From an uncultured Candidatus Saccharibacteria bacterium (GTDB taxonomy: Bacteria > Patescibacteriota > UBA1384 > XYA2-FULL-43-10 > 1-14-0-10-43-13): DNA of 32,000 nt. Within the stretch, counting starts at the first letter, position 1, and the number at the start of each line of letters is the position of its first letter. Where the stretch lies: NCBI GenBank assembly GCA_964543385.1, contig CAZIYE010000001.1, positions 120,001-152,000 of the forward strand. The letters run 5' to 3'. A program made the position numbers and the translations under genes. The notes below the pieces were generated by a model. That model was not told the origin of the DNA, did no database searches, and worked only from the letters and a program-made list of their open reading frames with translations. This document shows positions 24,433 to 32,000 of this stretch, piece by piece.

Positions 24433-27400
24433 CTACTCGGATAAGTTAACTGGCTTACCTTCCTCAAGATGTTTATGATCGGCAATATTATGAGTATTAT
24501 TAACAATTAAGTCCTTATCCTGCTGTGCGGATACTTCCCTGCTCTCTTTCACTGCAGGCACAGATATAAAAACATTTTCCTCTGCTGAAATAATAGATGT
24601 CTGTTGCGTCGATAATGCTCTCGACTCCGGTATTATCGGCAAGTTCTGACTATTATCAGGCTTCTGATTATCAGCAACTAGATCAGGCTCAGTCTTACTT
24701 TCGGTATCAGGTGATTGCTTTATATCTTTATTTAAATGACTGGAATCATTCTTTTTTTCAGCATTTTGATCATTGGAGTGATGTTTATCATTCGCTAACG
24801 ACCCATTCTTATTTTTCTGGTCATGATGCATACTTTTTGGATTCTTCTCGGTCTTTTGATCGGCAACTTTTCGAGATAGATCAATAATCTTTTGGCCGTT
24901 ATCATCTATAATTGTACCTGACTTTTCTATTTTTTCTTTATCAATTTCTTCGCCCAAATACCACTTCACTCCCCCTCTAGCAGTGCGTTCCTTATAAATT
25001 TTACCATGCAAGATATTATCGTACCTAATAACACGAGGCTCCTTTTTTTTCTCGATCTCCCCCACCTCGCTATCTGCAGTAGTAACATCAGCATTGGATT
25101 GATTAGAGCCAGAAGCTACTTCAGGCTCGGCAGCAGCTAAATTAACTACAGTTTTCGACTCTATTTGCTGAGATAAAGGAGCAGCCGCTGATATACTAGT
25201 GTTAGCAGTGTTTGTAGCAGCATGAGTAGTAATAGGAGTAACTACGGGGGCAGAAACAGGAGTATGTGTAGTAGGAGCTGGTCGGTCGTGCTTTTTCAAA
25301 AGAATTGCCTCCAGACCACCCTTTTTAAAAGCCTCTGCTTCAGCTTTCAATTCATGTTCTTCCTGGGTACTTCGACCGCTTATCATCTCCTCGACATCAA
25401 CACGTCGAGTAGAATAAGTAGCGTGAGAATGCTCAATAACCTTTTGAATATTGCCTGTTAATCTCTGTACTGGTGGTAATGTTTTGGCAGAAAATGCGGG
25501 AGCAGCAACACCATCAACTAACAATTTGATATAGATATTAAATTTCTCAAGATTCAAAAGATCATTGGTTGTGAAAACTGGCTCAAACTCTTTTACCAAG
25601 ACATCTGCATCAGCTCCACCTACCCTAAATGAAATAAGCGTACCAGCGTTACCAAAGATCGCATCTCTAAGCTCTTCCGGAAGCTGTGTTATGTACTGGT
25701 GAGCCATCGTTAGACCGAGACCGTATTTTCTGGCTTCTGACAATATCACTGCAAAAGCTTCTGTTGCAAAGTTCTGAAACTCGTCCACATATAAGAAGCA
25801 ATCGGGGCGTTTATCCACAGTTACATTTGCCCGACTCATAGCTGCGAGCTGAATTTTAGTAATCATCATAGCACCAAGCAGTGCAGAGTTATCTTCACCA
25901 ATTTTCCCCCGAGATAGATTTACAATCAATATCTTTTCCTGATCCATTATCTCTCGGATGTTTATCCGTGATTTTGGTTGACCAACTATATTTCTAATTG
26001 TTGAAGAAGAAAGAAATTGACCGACTTTGTTTAGAATTGGTGAAACGGCTTCCGTTCTAAATTTATTATCAAATGAAGCAAACTCATTCATCCAGAACTC
26101 TTTAATAATAGGATCTTTGACATTTAATAAAACATTGTCCCTAAAGCGATTATTTGTTAACATTCGCGGAATATCAAGCATGGTAGCCCCCGGATGATCA
26201 AGAAGAGCCAAAACCGTGTTTCTAAGAATATGTTCCAGTCTTGGACCCCATGATTTATCGAAAAGTTTTTTAATAATACCAATAAAACCAGAGGCGACTA
26301 ATCCCTTGAAATCATCGTCAACAGTTTCTAGAAGATTAAAGGCAATTGGAAAATCGCGATCCGAAGGATCAAATACTATTACATCATTTACTCTCTCATC
26401 TGGTATACAAGATAAAACTTTTTCAGCAAGTTCTCCATGAGGATCAACAACAATAACACCAGATCCCTTGCATACATCGTTTATCGCCATATTCTCAATC
26501 AAAACAGATTTACCTACACCAGATTTACCTACAAGATAAATATGTCTTCTTCTATCGTCTCTCTTAATACCAAATTCAGTGAAAACATTGCGAAAATTAG
26601 TCATGCCAATAACCGTAAAATCCTCTGGCGGAATATTTGACCTAATTGGTAAATTTGCTGGCGGTTCACCCTTTTTCGAACCAGACCACACAATATTAGG
26701 TGTTGACACGGTGCTAGATGGAAAATGGAATAAAGATGCAAGCTCGGCGATATTAAATATATTGCCATCATCCTCGAAAGAACGACCGACATAATCTTGC
26801 CAAAGAGTATGGTCATTCGACTTTATCTCCCCTACTCTAAAACCATTTAGATTTGTTGTATTAAACTGTTTAAAAGCAGCGCAAACATTTCGACACTTTA
26901 ATTTGGCCGAGGTTGGATCTGTGCCCAATGCAACTATTCTTATCTTTGTCTCAAAACCTAATTTTGTAATTTTTTGCTCAATTCCCTTCAAAGCTTCCTC
27001 GACAGAAGCCTGTAGTTTGATATCTTTCTTATCATCTTTTTCGGAATAACCAGGATTAACAGCCTGAGACAAAAGACCCTTACCAACATTAGTAAATTCC
27101 TTTAGGAGAAGATTTGCAAAACCAAGTTTGGCTGTCGGCTTGCCACCAGATCGGACTGAATTTACCCTCGTATGCCCCTTTTCCTGCCAACGGTCACCCT
27201 TTGGTCTAATTATCATCTGAAACCAAATTTCTTCTCCTGCGCTCAATTGTGACATTACAGAAGTAATCGCTGAGATTGGGTCAACTTCGAAGTCTGTAAA
27301 TTGCTTGATAGGATATACATCGGGCTTTGTAAGCGCTAATTCAGTAATTGCAAAATTCTTTGATTCAACATCTGGCCGAACTGTATAATCCTCAACTTCA

Positions 27401-27756
27401 TGAATTTCAACATTCGGATATTGAGCGTAGACCTGCCCTTCAACAAAATCCTTCAAGTGAACTGGCAAATAGACGAAAAACTGTATGAATTTTTCCTTGG
27501 AAATAATCTCAAAACTTAAATGATATTGAAATTTAGCACTCTCTGAATAGATACCATGAATTGTAGCGAACATCTGTTCGGCAGCCATCGGTGATTTCTC
27601 ATTCATCCTAGGCACATCTATGCGAATAACGGTGTATTCCTGTGATGTCATCCACTGTATCTTCTTCATTCTATGATTAATACGAAAAATCGCCCATATC
27701 AAATAGATTGGACCAAAAATTAGAATAATATATAAAAGGTATAGGATAAAAGACAT
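24433..27756 (-). CDS. Type IV secretion/conjugation coupling-like ATPase (TraD/VirD4/HerA superfamily) with long disordered C-terminal tail
   Basis: Walker A HIYLVGKSGVGKSVLIENM; VVDPHGELAEKVL; ILIVNLSRGKIGEDNSALLGAM; CFLYVDEFQNFATEAFAVILSEARKYGLGLTMAHQYITQL; N-terminal TM segment. Confidence 0.85.
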   Translation of the reverse strand: MSFILYLLYIILIFGPIYLIWAIFRINHRMKKIQWMTSQEYTVIRIDVPRMNEKSPMAAEQMFATIHGIYSESAKFQYHLSFEIISKEKFIQFFVYLPVHLKDFVEGQVYAQYPNVEIHEVEDYTVRPDVESKNFAITELALTKPDVYPIKQFTDFEVDPISAITSVMSQLSAGEEIWFQMIIRPKGDRWQEKGHTRVNSVRSGGKPTAKLGFANLLLKEFTNVGKGLLSQAVNPGYSEKDDKKDIKLQASVEEALKGIEQKITKLGFETKIRIVALGTDPTSAKLKCRNVCAAFKQFNTTNLNGFRVGEIKSNDHTLWQDYVGRSFEDDGNIFNIAELASLFHFPSSTVSTPNIVWSGSKKGEPPANLPIRSNIPPEDFTVIGMTNFRNVFTEFGIKRDDRRRHIYLVGKSGVGKSVLIENMAINDVCKGSGVIVVDPHGELAEKVLSCIPDERVNDVIVFDPSDRDFPIAFNLLETVDDDFKGLVASGFIGIIKKLFDKSWGPRLEHILRNTVLALLDHPGATMLDIPRMLTNNRFRDNVLLNVKDPIIKEFWMNEFASFDNKFRTEAVSPILNKVGQFLSSSTIRNIVGQPKSRINIREIMDQEKILIVNLSRGKIGEDNSALLGAMMITKIQLAAMSRANVTVDKRPDCFLYVDEFQNFATEAFAVILSEARKYGLGLTMAHQYITQLPEELRDAIFGNAGTLISFRVGGADADVLVKEFEPVFTTNDLLNLEKFNIYIKLLVDGVAAPAFSAKTLPPVQRLTGNIQKVIEHSHATYSTRRVDVEEMISGRSTQEEHELKAEAEAFKKGGLEAILLKKHDRPAPTTHTPVSAPVVTPITTHAATNTANTSISAAAPLSQQIESKTVVNLAAAEPEVASGSNQSNADVTTADSEVGEIEKKKEPRVIRYDNILHGKIYKERTARGGVKWYLGEEIDKEKIEKSGTIIDDNGQKIIDLSRKVADQKTEKNPKSMHHDQKNKNGSLANDKHHSNDQNAEKKNDSSHLNKDIKQSPDTESKTEPDLVADNQKPDNSQNLPIIPESRALSTQQTSIISAEENVFISVPAVKESREVSAQQDKDLIVNNTHNIADHKHLEEGKPVNLSE

Positions 27757-27885
27757 TTAAACCTTCAATAAATCTGGGAAGGATAATATTCCTTCTAACA
27801 ATATTATATAAGAGATTAGATTTTTTTGCAAAGAGATCGAAGATAAAAATGACCTTTTGCGGCCGTAAAGCGCCATGGCAAAGGA

Positions 27886-28914
27886 TTATGCCAAGATATA
27901 TTTGTCCTTAGCCGACTTTTTGAAAAATGGCTTGGTCTGAAGATTTATAAGTATTGTATTTTTTTTAACTAGTCTTTGCTTCAAAACAGCCTCGATAATA
28001 GCAGATGCGCTCATGCCATCTGATTTGTCGGATAAGATATTTTTAATTATGTCAGCAACAGTTCCCTCTTGGTATCCCCACTCTTTCAAGGCATAAATAC
28101 CTCTACCAACTAAGATAAATCTATCATCAGCAATCAGCTCATTATGAACAGTAGCTTTCACAATATTTTTACCATCGAAACTTTGCTCCCCTATTTTTTT
28201 TGCGATTTCATCGAAATGCATAGGTTTTGCTATCCTCTTCAAAATATAATAGATTTTGTCTCTAACATTTTTTGGATTTACTTCTGGCCATGAAGCCAAA
28301 CCGATATGACCGGTTTCTGTCTTAACCAATTTCTTGCTGATATGAGGAAGCTCCGATAAAAATGCTACCTGATACTTCGAATGACCTGGATGATTATCTA
28401 TTAGTACATCTAGCGTTTCAGGCTTCTTACTCTTTTTCAAATGTTCGGCCCAATCATTTATGACTTTTATTGCATCGTCTTTTGACAATGATGCAAGTAA
28501 CCAACCAGCCTCTAGCTCTTTTGTTTTTTCAATTTTCATAATCTGAGGCATCAGACTTAAAATTAAATGCAGAGAATTGAACTCATTCTTATTTCTCCAG
28601 AACGATTCTTCTAGAAATTTTTCAGTAATTTTTTCATGGCATGTGATTCCACCGCTCTTTTCAAAAGTATCAACTATTTGCTCGATATAAAGATTATTCT
28701 TTTCAACAAAAAATCTAGCCAACTTTCTCAAGCCCTCACGCTCAATTTGACGAATTCTTTCACGAGATAATTTCAGTTCCTTACCAATTGCTGATAGAGT
28801 TTTATGACTTGTTTCAATACCAAAACGACCCGAAATAACTATATTTTCATTCGGCTTCAAATCGTTTATAACCTCTTTAACAATCTTGTAAGGGCTAAAA
28901 TTTTTAATAACCAT
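27886..28914 (-). CDS. Sigma-70 region 4-like HTH protein with HARE-like winged helix domain(s)
   Basis: TLSAIGKELKLSRERIRQIEREGLRKL is sigma region 4.2; VRDKIYYILKRIAKPMHFDEIAKKIG...ATVHNELIADDRFILVGRGIYALKEWGY is HARE-HTH-like. Confidence 0.8.
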   Translation of the reverse strand: MVIKNFSPYKIVKEVINDLKPNENIVISGRFGIETSHKTLSAIGKELKLSRERIRQIEREGLRKLARFFVEKNNLYIEQIVDTFEKSGGITCHEKITEKFLEESFWRNKNEFNSLHLILSLMPQIMKIEKTKELEAGWLLASLSKDDAIKVINDWAEHLKKSKKPETLDVLIDNHPGHSKYQVAFLSELPHISKKLVKTETGHIGLASWPEVNPKNVRDKIYYILKRIAKPMHFDEIAKKIGEQSFDGKNIVKATVHNELIADDRFILVGRGIYALKEWGYQEGTVADIIKNILSDKSDGMSASAIIEAVLKQRLVKKNTILINLQTKPFFKKSAKDKYILA

Positions 28915-28927
28915 TATATTTCCTTGT

Positions 28928-29440
28928 CTAATTAGTTTTATCTAATAGATTTTCAACTGCAGCCCATTCGCTGGGTCTATCCTCGGGAACAAGTATTGTA
29001 AGTTTGTTTCCTGGTTCTGCTTTGAAATAACTTATTGATGCTGGCAACACTCGATATTGCATGCTTTCACAATTAACCACATATTTACCTTCTGATAATT
29101 CCTTTAAAAGACCAATCTTTTTCTGCCTTTTTACGGGGCCAATTTGTTTATACAAGAAAGTCCCATCGGGCAAAATCGTAAGCTTTAGGATATCTCCGGC
29201 AACAAGTTTTGACTTAGAGGCATAGTTCGCCGGTATATCATAATGCCTTTTGTCTGAACCAATCATGCCTTCGCCGTCGAAAACACCTTCTATAATCTTA
29301 CTATCTTTATCATCTCCACCCAATTCTTCAACTTTTTGTGATAGTTCTCGCGAAAAAAGTAAGTCCTTTGCTTGGCAGATATTATTTTCAGCAAGGTCTA
29401 AAAGCTGTTTTATTGAGGATAGGTCTTTATTTGTCAACAT
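28928..29440 (-). CDS. Hypothetical protein, 170 aa
   Basis: Intact ORF tightly upstream (13 nt) of the sigma4-HARE gene; beta-rich middle FDGEGMIGSDKRHYDIPANYASKSKLVAGDILKLTILPDGTFLYKQIG. Confidence 0.7.
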   Translation of the reverse strand: MLTNKDLSSIKQLLDLAENNICQAKDLLFSRELSQKVEELGGDDKDSKIIEGVFDGEGMIGSDKRHYDIPANYASKSKLVAGDILKLTILPDGTFLYKQIGPVKRQKKIGLLKELSEGKYVVNCESMQYRVLPASISYFKAEPGNKLTILVPEDRPSEWAAVENLLDKTN

Positions 29441-29553
29441 TTTTTCTCTTTGTTTTTATTTAAATGTGTTTTAGCATTTCATATACACAAAATTACATTA
29501 CCACATAATTGGCAATGCGTCAACACATTTTAGATAACTTTTTTTACATAAAA

Positions 29554-31974
29554 TTATAGTGTTGGCTGAGAAGATGTCGGCTGCAGGCCAGGGAGATCTA
29601 TTTTATCTACTCGAGAACGTTCAAGTATTTCTGCCTCTACTAGCTCCTTGGGTTTACCATATTTTAATCGAGACAACTCTTTTATCGCTGCTCCTAATTT
29701 TTGGTTGCCATCATAATCATCCGGCCAAATACTCTGACCATTGAATGGTCTCGTTGGCGCTCCATCAATCAGCTCCTTGATATAAAAATTATATTTGTCG
29801 ATTGTAGTCAAGTCCTCGATTTTTAATGGATCAAATTCCTTTACAAAGAATTCTGCATCAGCGGCACCCATTCTAAAAGCAATTAGGGTTCCGGCGTTTC
29901 CCACTACAGCTGCTCTTATCTTCTCATCAAGCTGTTCAATATACTGATTTGTAATTGCTAGGCCCAATTTATATTTACGAGACTCTGACAAAATAGTTGC
30001 AAAAACATCTGTAATAAAATTCTGGAACTCATCAACATATAAGAAAAATGGAATTCTATCCTTCTCTAATATATCTTGGCGTGAAAATGCACCCATCGCA
30101 ATTTTGGAAACTATAATCATACCAAGAAGAAATGCATTAATCTCCCCTATCATACCTTTCGATAGATTGCAGATTAGAATCTTCTTGTTATCCATTACAT
30201 CACGGAAATCAAAAGATGATTTTGTCTGGCCTATGATATTGCGCATCATATCATTGGTCATAAAGCGGCCAAACTTTGAAGTAAAATAGTTAAGCATTTC
30301 TGATTTATGGAAATCAGCTGTTTTAGCCATTTGCTTTTCCCAAAAAGATTTAACCACAGGATCAGTCACATATTGGACTCTATCTTTTTCGAAATCAGGA
30401 TCAGTAAACAATCTTGGAACATCTATAATTGTTCCTCCTTCTGGATGAGACATCAAAGTAAGCGCAGCATTCCTCATCCAATGCTCAAACTGAGGGCCTA
30501 CCATGCCTGTCTGATTTGGATCAAACAGTTTATAGAATATTTGTATTGATTCCTGAACTAAGAAGTCCCTCTGATCTGGTGTTTTCCATTCCAACATGTT
30601 GAGACCCATCGGTCTTTCCTTATCTGCAGGATTGAAATAGATGACATCATCAGCACGCTCTTTTGGTATATGATTTAGGATCCATTCTGCGGCATCACCA
30701 TTTGGATCAAGATAACAAACTCCATGACCTTCTTTGATGTCTTGCAAAATCATATTTTGAAATAAAACAGTTTTACCCACACCAGTTTTACCTATCTGAT
30801 AAACATGTCTAAGGCGGTCTGATTGCTTGACCCTAATCATTTTCTCTTCACCTCGGAATATTGCCTTACCGACAACAGTACCCTCGGTTGGCAGATTTGC
30901 TGGCGGCGCCTCACGTCTAGCTAATAGCCAAGAAATATTAGGTGTATCAACATAGCGATTTGGCAGGTGAAAAATAGACGCAAGTTCTTCCGTATTAAGT
31001 GCAAATCTCGGCATAACACTAAATATCCTAAAAATATATGAGGTGATCTCCTCATTTTTCTGACGTGCTTTCTTGACCGAGAAACCATTTGAGTCAGGAG
31101 AATGAAATTGATTAAATGCAGCAGCAGTATTCTTACAAATCTGTGCAGCAGTAAGTTTGTCTTTTGCAACTGCAACAATTCTAATCTGAGCGTCAAAGCC
31201 AAGTTTAGCAGCCTTTTCGCCTAACAATTTTACTTGTGCTTCTTGCTGTGGCGTCATTTTCATTGGATTCTTTGGATCATAGAGAGCGCTATGTTCCTCT
31301 TCCTGATTTCCTTTAGCTGCATTTGTTGCAGCACCAACAAAATTGAAAAATGATTCACTACCCCGCACAAAAGCAGAATTGGAGTGAGAAATTCGAGATT
31401 TGCCATGTTGTATGTTAAAAGCGGTCCTCTCTCCCTGTAACCGCCAAGATCCATCCGTCGGCCTAACTAGCATCTGGACTCCGGCGAACTGGTCTGCGCT
31501 CAATTTTGAGAGAGAGTTTGTAAGCGAATTAAGCGGATCTTCTTCTAAGTTTTTATAAGTCTTGATTGGGAAATAGTGTCTTTTTATTAAACCAAGATTT
31601 AAAATTTCCACCTTAAGAGGTTTCTCGGGAAAAATAGAATATTCTGAGTCCTCTTGTATTTCAGCATAAGGATATTGAGCTTGAAGATTTTTCAGAACCA
31701 TATCAGATATGCATCGTGGACAGCCAACGTAGAAAAAGATAAGACCATCCTTAGCAATTAATTCCACAGAAATGTGAGGCTGACCTTTCAGTCTATTTAC
31801 AACCGAAAAATCAAATAACGAATTTAGATTTGCATAAAATGGTTCAATAACTGCCAACATTTCCTGGAAATTCTTTCGCTGATCATCTTCCTCAGCATGA
31901 CGATCCTTGGGAACCATTATTTTAAACATTACCCAATCTTTTGTCATCTCAAGTTGAGAACTTCGCACAAACAT
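29554..31974 (-). CDS. Second TraD/VirD4/HerA-like ATPase, paralogue of 24433-27756 (5' end may extend beyond window)
   Basis: HVYQIGKTGVGKTVLFQNMI; VCYLDPNGDAAEWILNHIPKERADDVIYFNP; KILICNLSKGMIGEINAFLLGMI; FFLYVDEFQNFITDVFATILSESRKYKLGLAITNQYIEQL. Confidence 0.85.
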   Translation of the reverse strand: MFVRSSQLEMTKDWVMFKIMVPKDRHAEEDDQRKNFQEMLAVIEPFYANLNSLFDFSVVNRLKGQPHISVELIAKDGLIFFYVGCPRCISDMVLKNLQAQYPYAEIQEDSEYSIFPEKPLKVEILNLGLIKRHYFPIKTYKNLEEDPLNSLTNSLSKLSADQFAGVQMLVRPTDGSWRLQGERTAFNIQHGKSRISHSNSAFVRGSESFFNFVGAATNAAKGNQEEEHSALYDPKNPMKMTPQQEAQVKLLGEKAAKLGFDAQIRIVAVAKDKLTAAQICKNTAAAFNQFHSPDSNGFSVKKARQKNEEITSYIFRIFSVMPRFALNTEELASIFHLPNRYVDTPNISWLLARREAPPANLPTEGTVVGKAIFRGEEKMIRVKQSDRLRHVYQIGKTGVGKTVLFQNMILQDIKEGHGVCYLDPNGDAAEWILNHIPKERADDVIYFNPADKERPMGLNMLEWKTPDQRDFLVQESIQIFYKLFDPNQTGMVGPQFEHWMRNAALTLMSHPEGGTIIDVPRLFTDPDFEKDRVQYVTDPVVKSFWEKQMAKTADFHKSEMLNYFTSKFGRFMTNDMMRNIIGQTKSSFDFRDVMDNKKILICNLSKGMIGEINAFLLGMIIVSKIAMGAFSRQDILEKDRIPFFLYVDEFQNFITDVFATILSESRKYKLGLAITNQYIEQLDEKIRAAVVGNAGTLIAFRMGAADAEFFVKEFDPLKIEDLTTIDKYNFYIKELIDGAPTRPFNGQSIWPDDYDGNQKLGAAIKELSRLKYGKPKELVEAEILERSRVDKIDLPGLQPTSSQPTL

Positions 31975-32000
31975 TTTCCTTAAATAAATAACTAACCAAA

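Noticed and set aside
24597-31454. Plus-strand ORFs of 60-96 aa opposite the ATPase/sigma4 genes
   Set aside because: Antisense shadows of clearly coding minus-strand genes, no family resemblance.
1-32000. Alternative genetic code (UGA = Gly, as in Gracilibacteria/Absconditabacteria)
   Set aside because: TGA serves as a normal stop (e.g. end of 10189-10662 and 11344-11937) and ORFs are full length under the standard bacterial code.
1-32000. CRISPR arrays, tRNA/rRNA genes, transposases, integrases, toxin-antitoxin pairs, phage genes
   Set aside because: No regularly spaced repeats, no tRNA TPsiC-like hairpins and no matching protein motifs were seen by eye.

Overview
AT-rich bacterial chromosome segment. 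Gene content and style resemble a Patescibacteria/CPR genome, possibly Saccharibacteria-like; this placement is an inference only. Genes in order: end of a diacylglycerol/undecaprenol kinase, ftsA, ftsZ, nrdR, trxA, a ~850 bp non-coding interval, a PiT phosphate transporter with a DUF47 partner, a UvrD-like helicase-nuclease, several small orphans, Maf, histidine phosphatase, a UbiA-like prenyltransferase, DUF5680-like and DUF3467 proteins, a methyltransferase, a BaiN/HI0933-type flavoprotein (-), an HD hydrolase, rmuC, polysaccharide deacetylase, rluD, a ribbon-helix-helix/nucleotidyltransferase fusion, secD, secF and a small basic (sbp-like) protein. The right end is a minus-strand block: two long TraD/VirD4-like ATPases flanking a sigma-region-4 + HARE-like protein and an unknown 170-aa protein. 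The most interesting signal is RNA rather than protein. Positions ~3777-4210 hold a large (~430 nt), ORF-free, strongly structured transcript with its own consensus promoter and GC-rich terminator hairpin; it lacks the hallmarks of tmRNA, RNase P, SRP or group I/II introns as far as I can see by eye. It is followed by a second promoter/terminator unit (4256-4368) and a further folded leader before the phosphate transporter. A third independent structured RNA (6S-like architecture, minus strand, ~16261-16437) has a promoter, closing stem and terminator. Three unusually GC-rich genes (10189, 12016, 14528) look like self-contained cassettes, each with a terminator hairpin and two with clear promoters. 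No CRISPR array, tRNA, rRNA, transposase or phage genes were seen. All structures and homologies were read by eye and need covariance/HMM confirmation.
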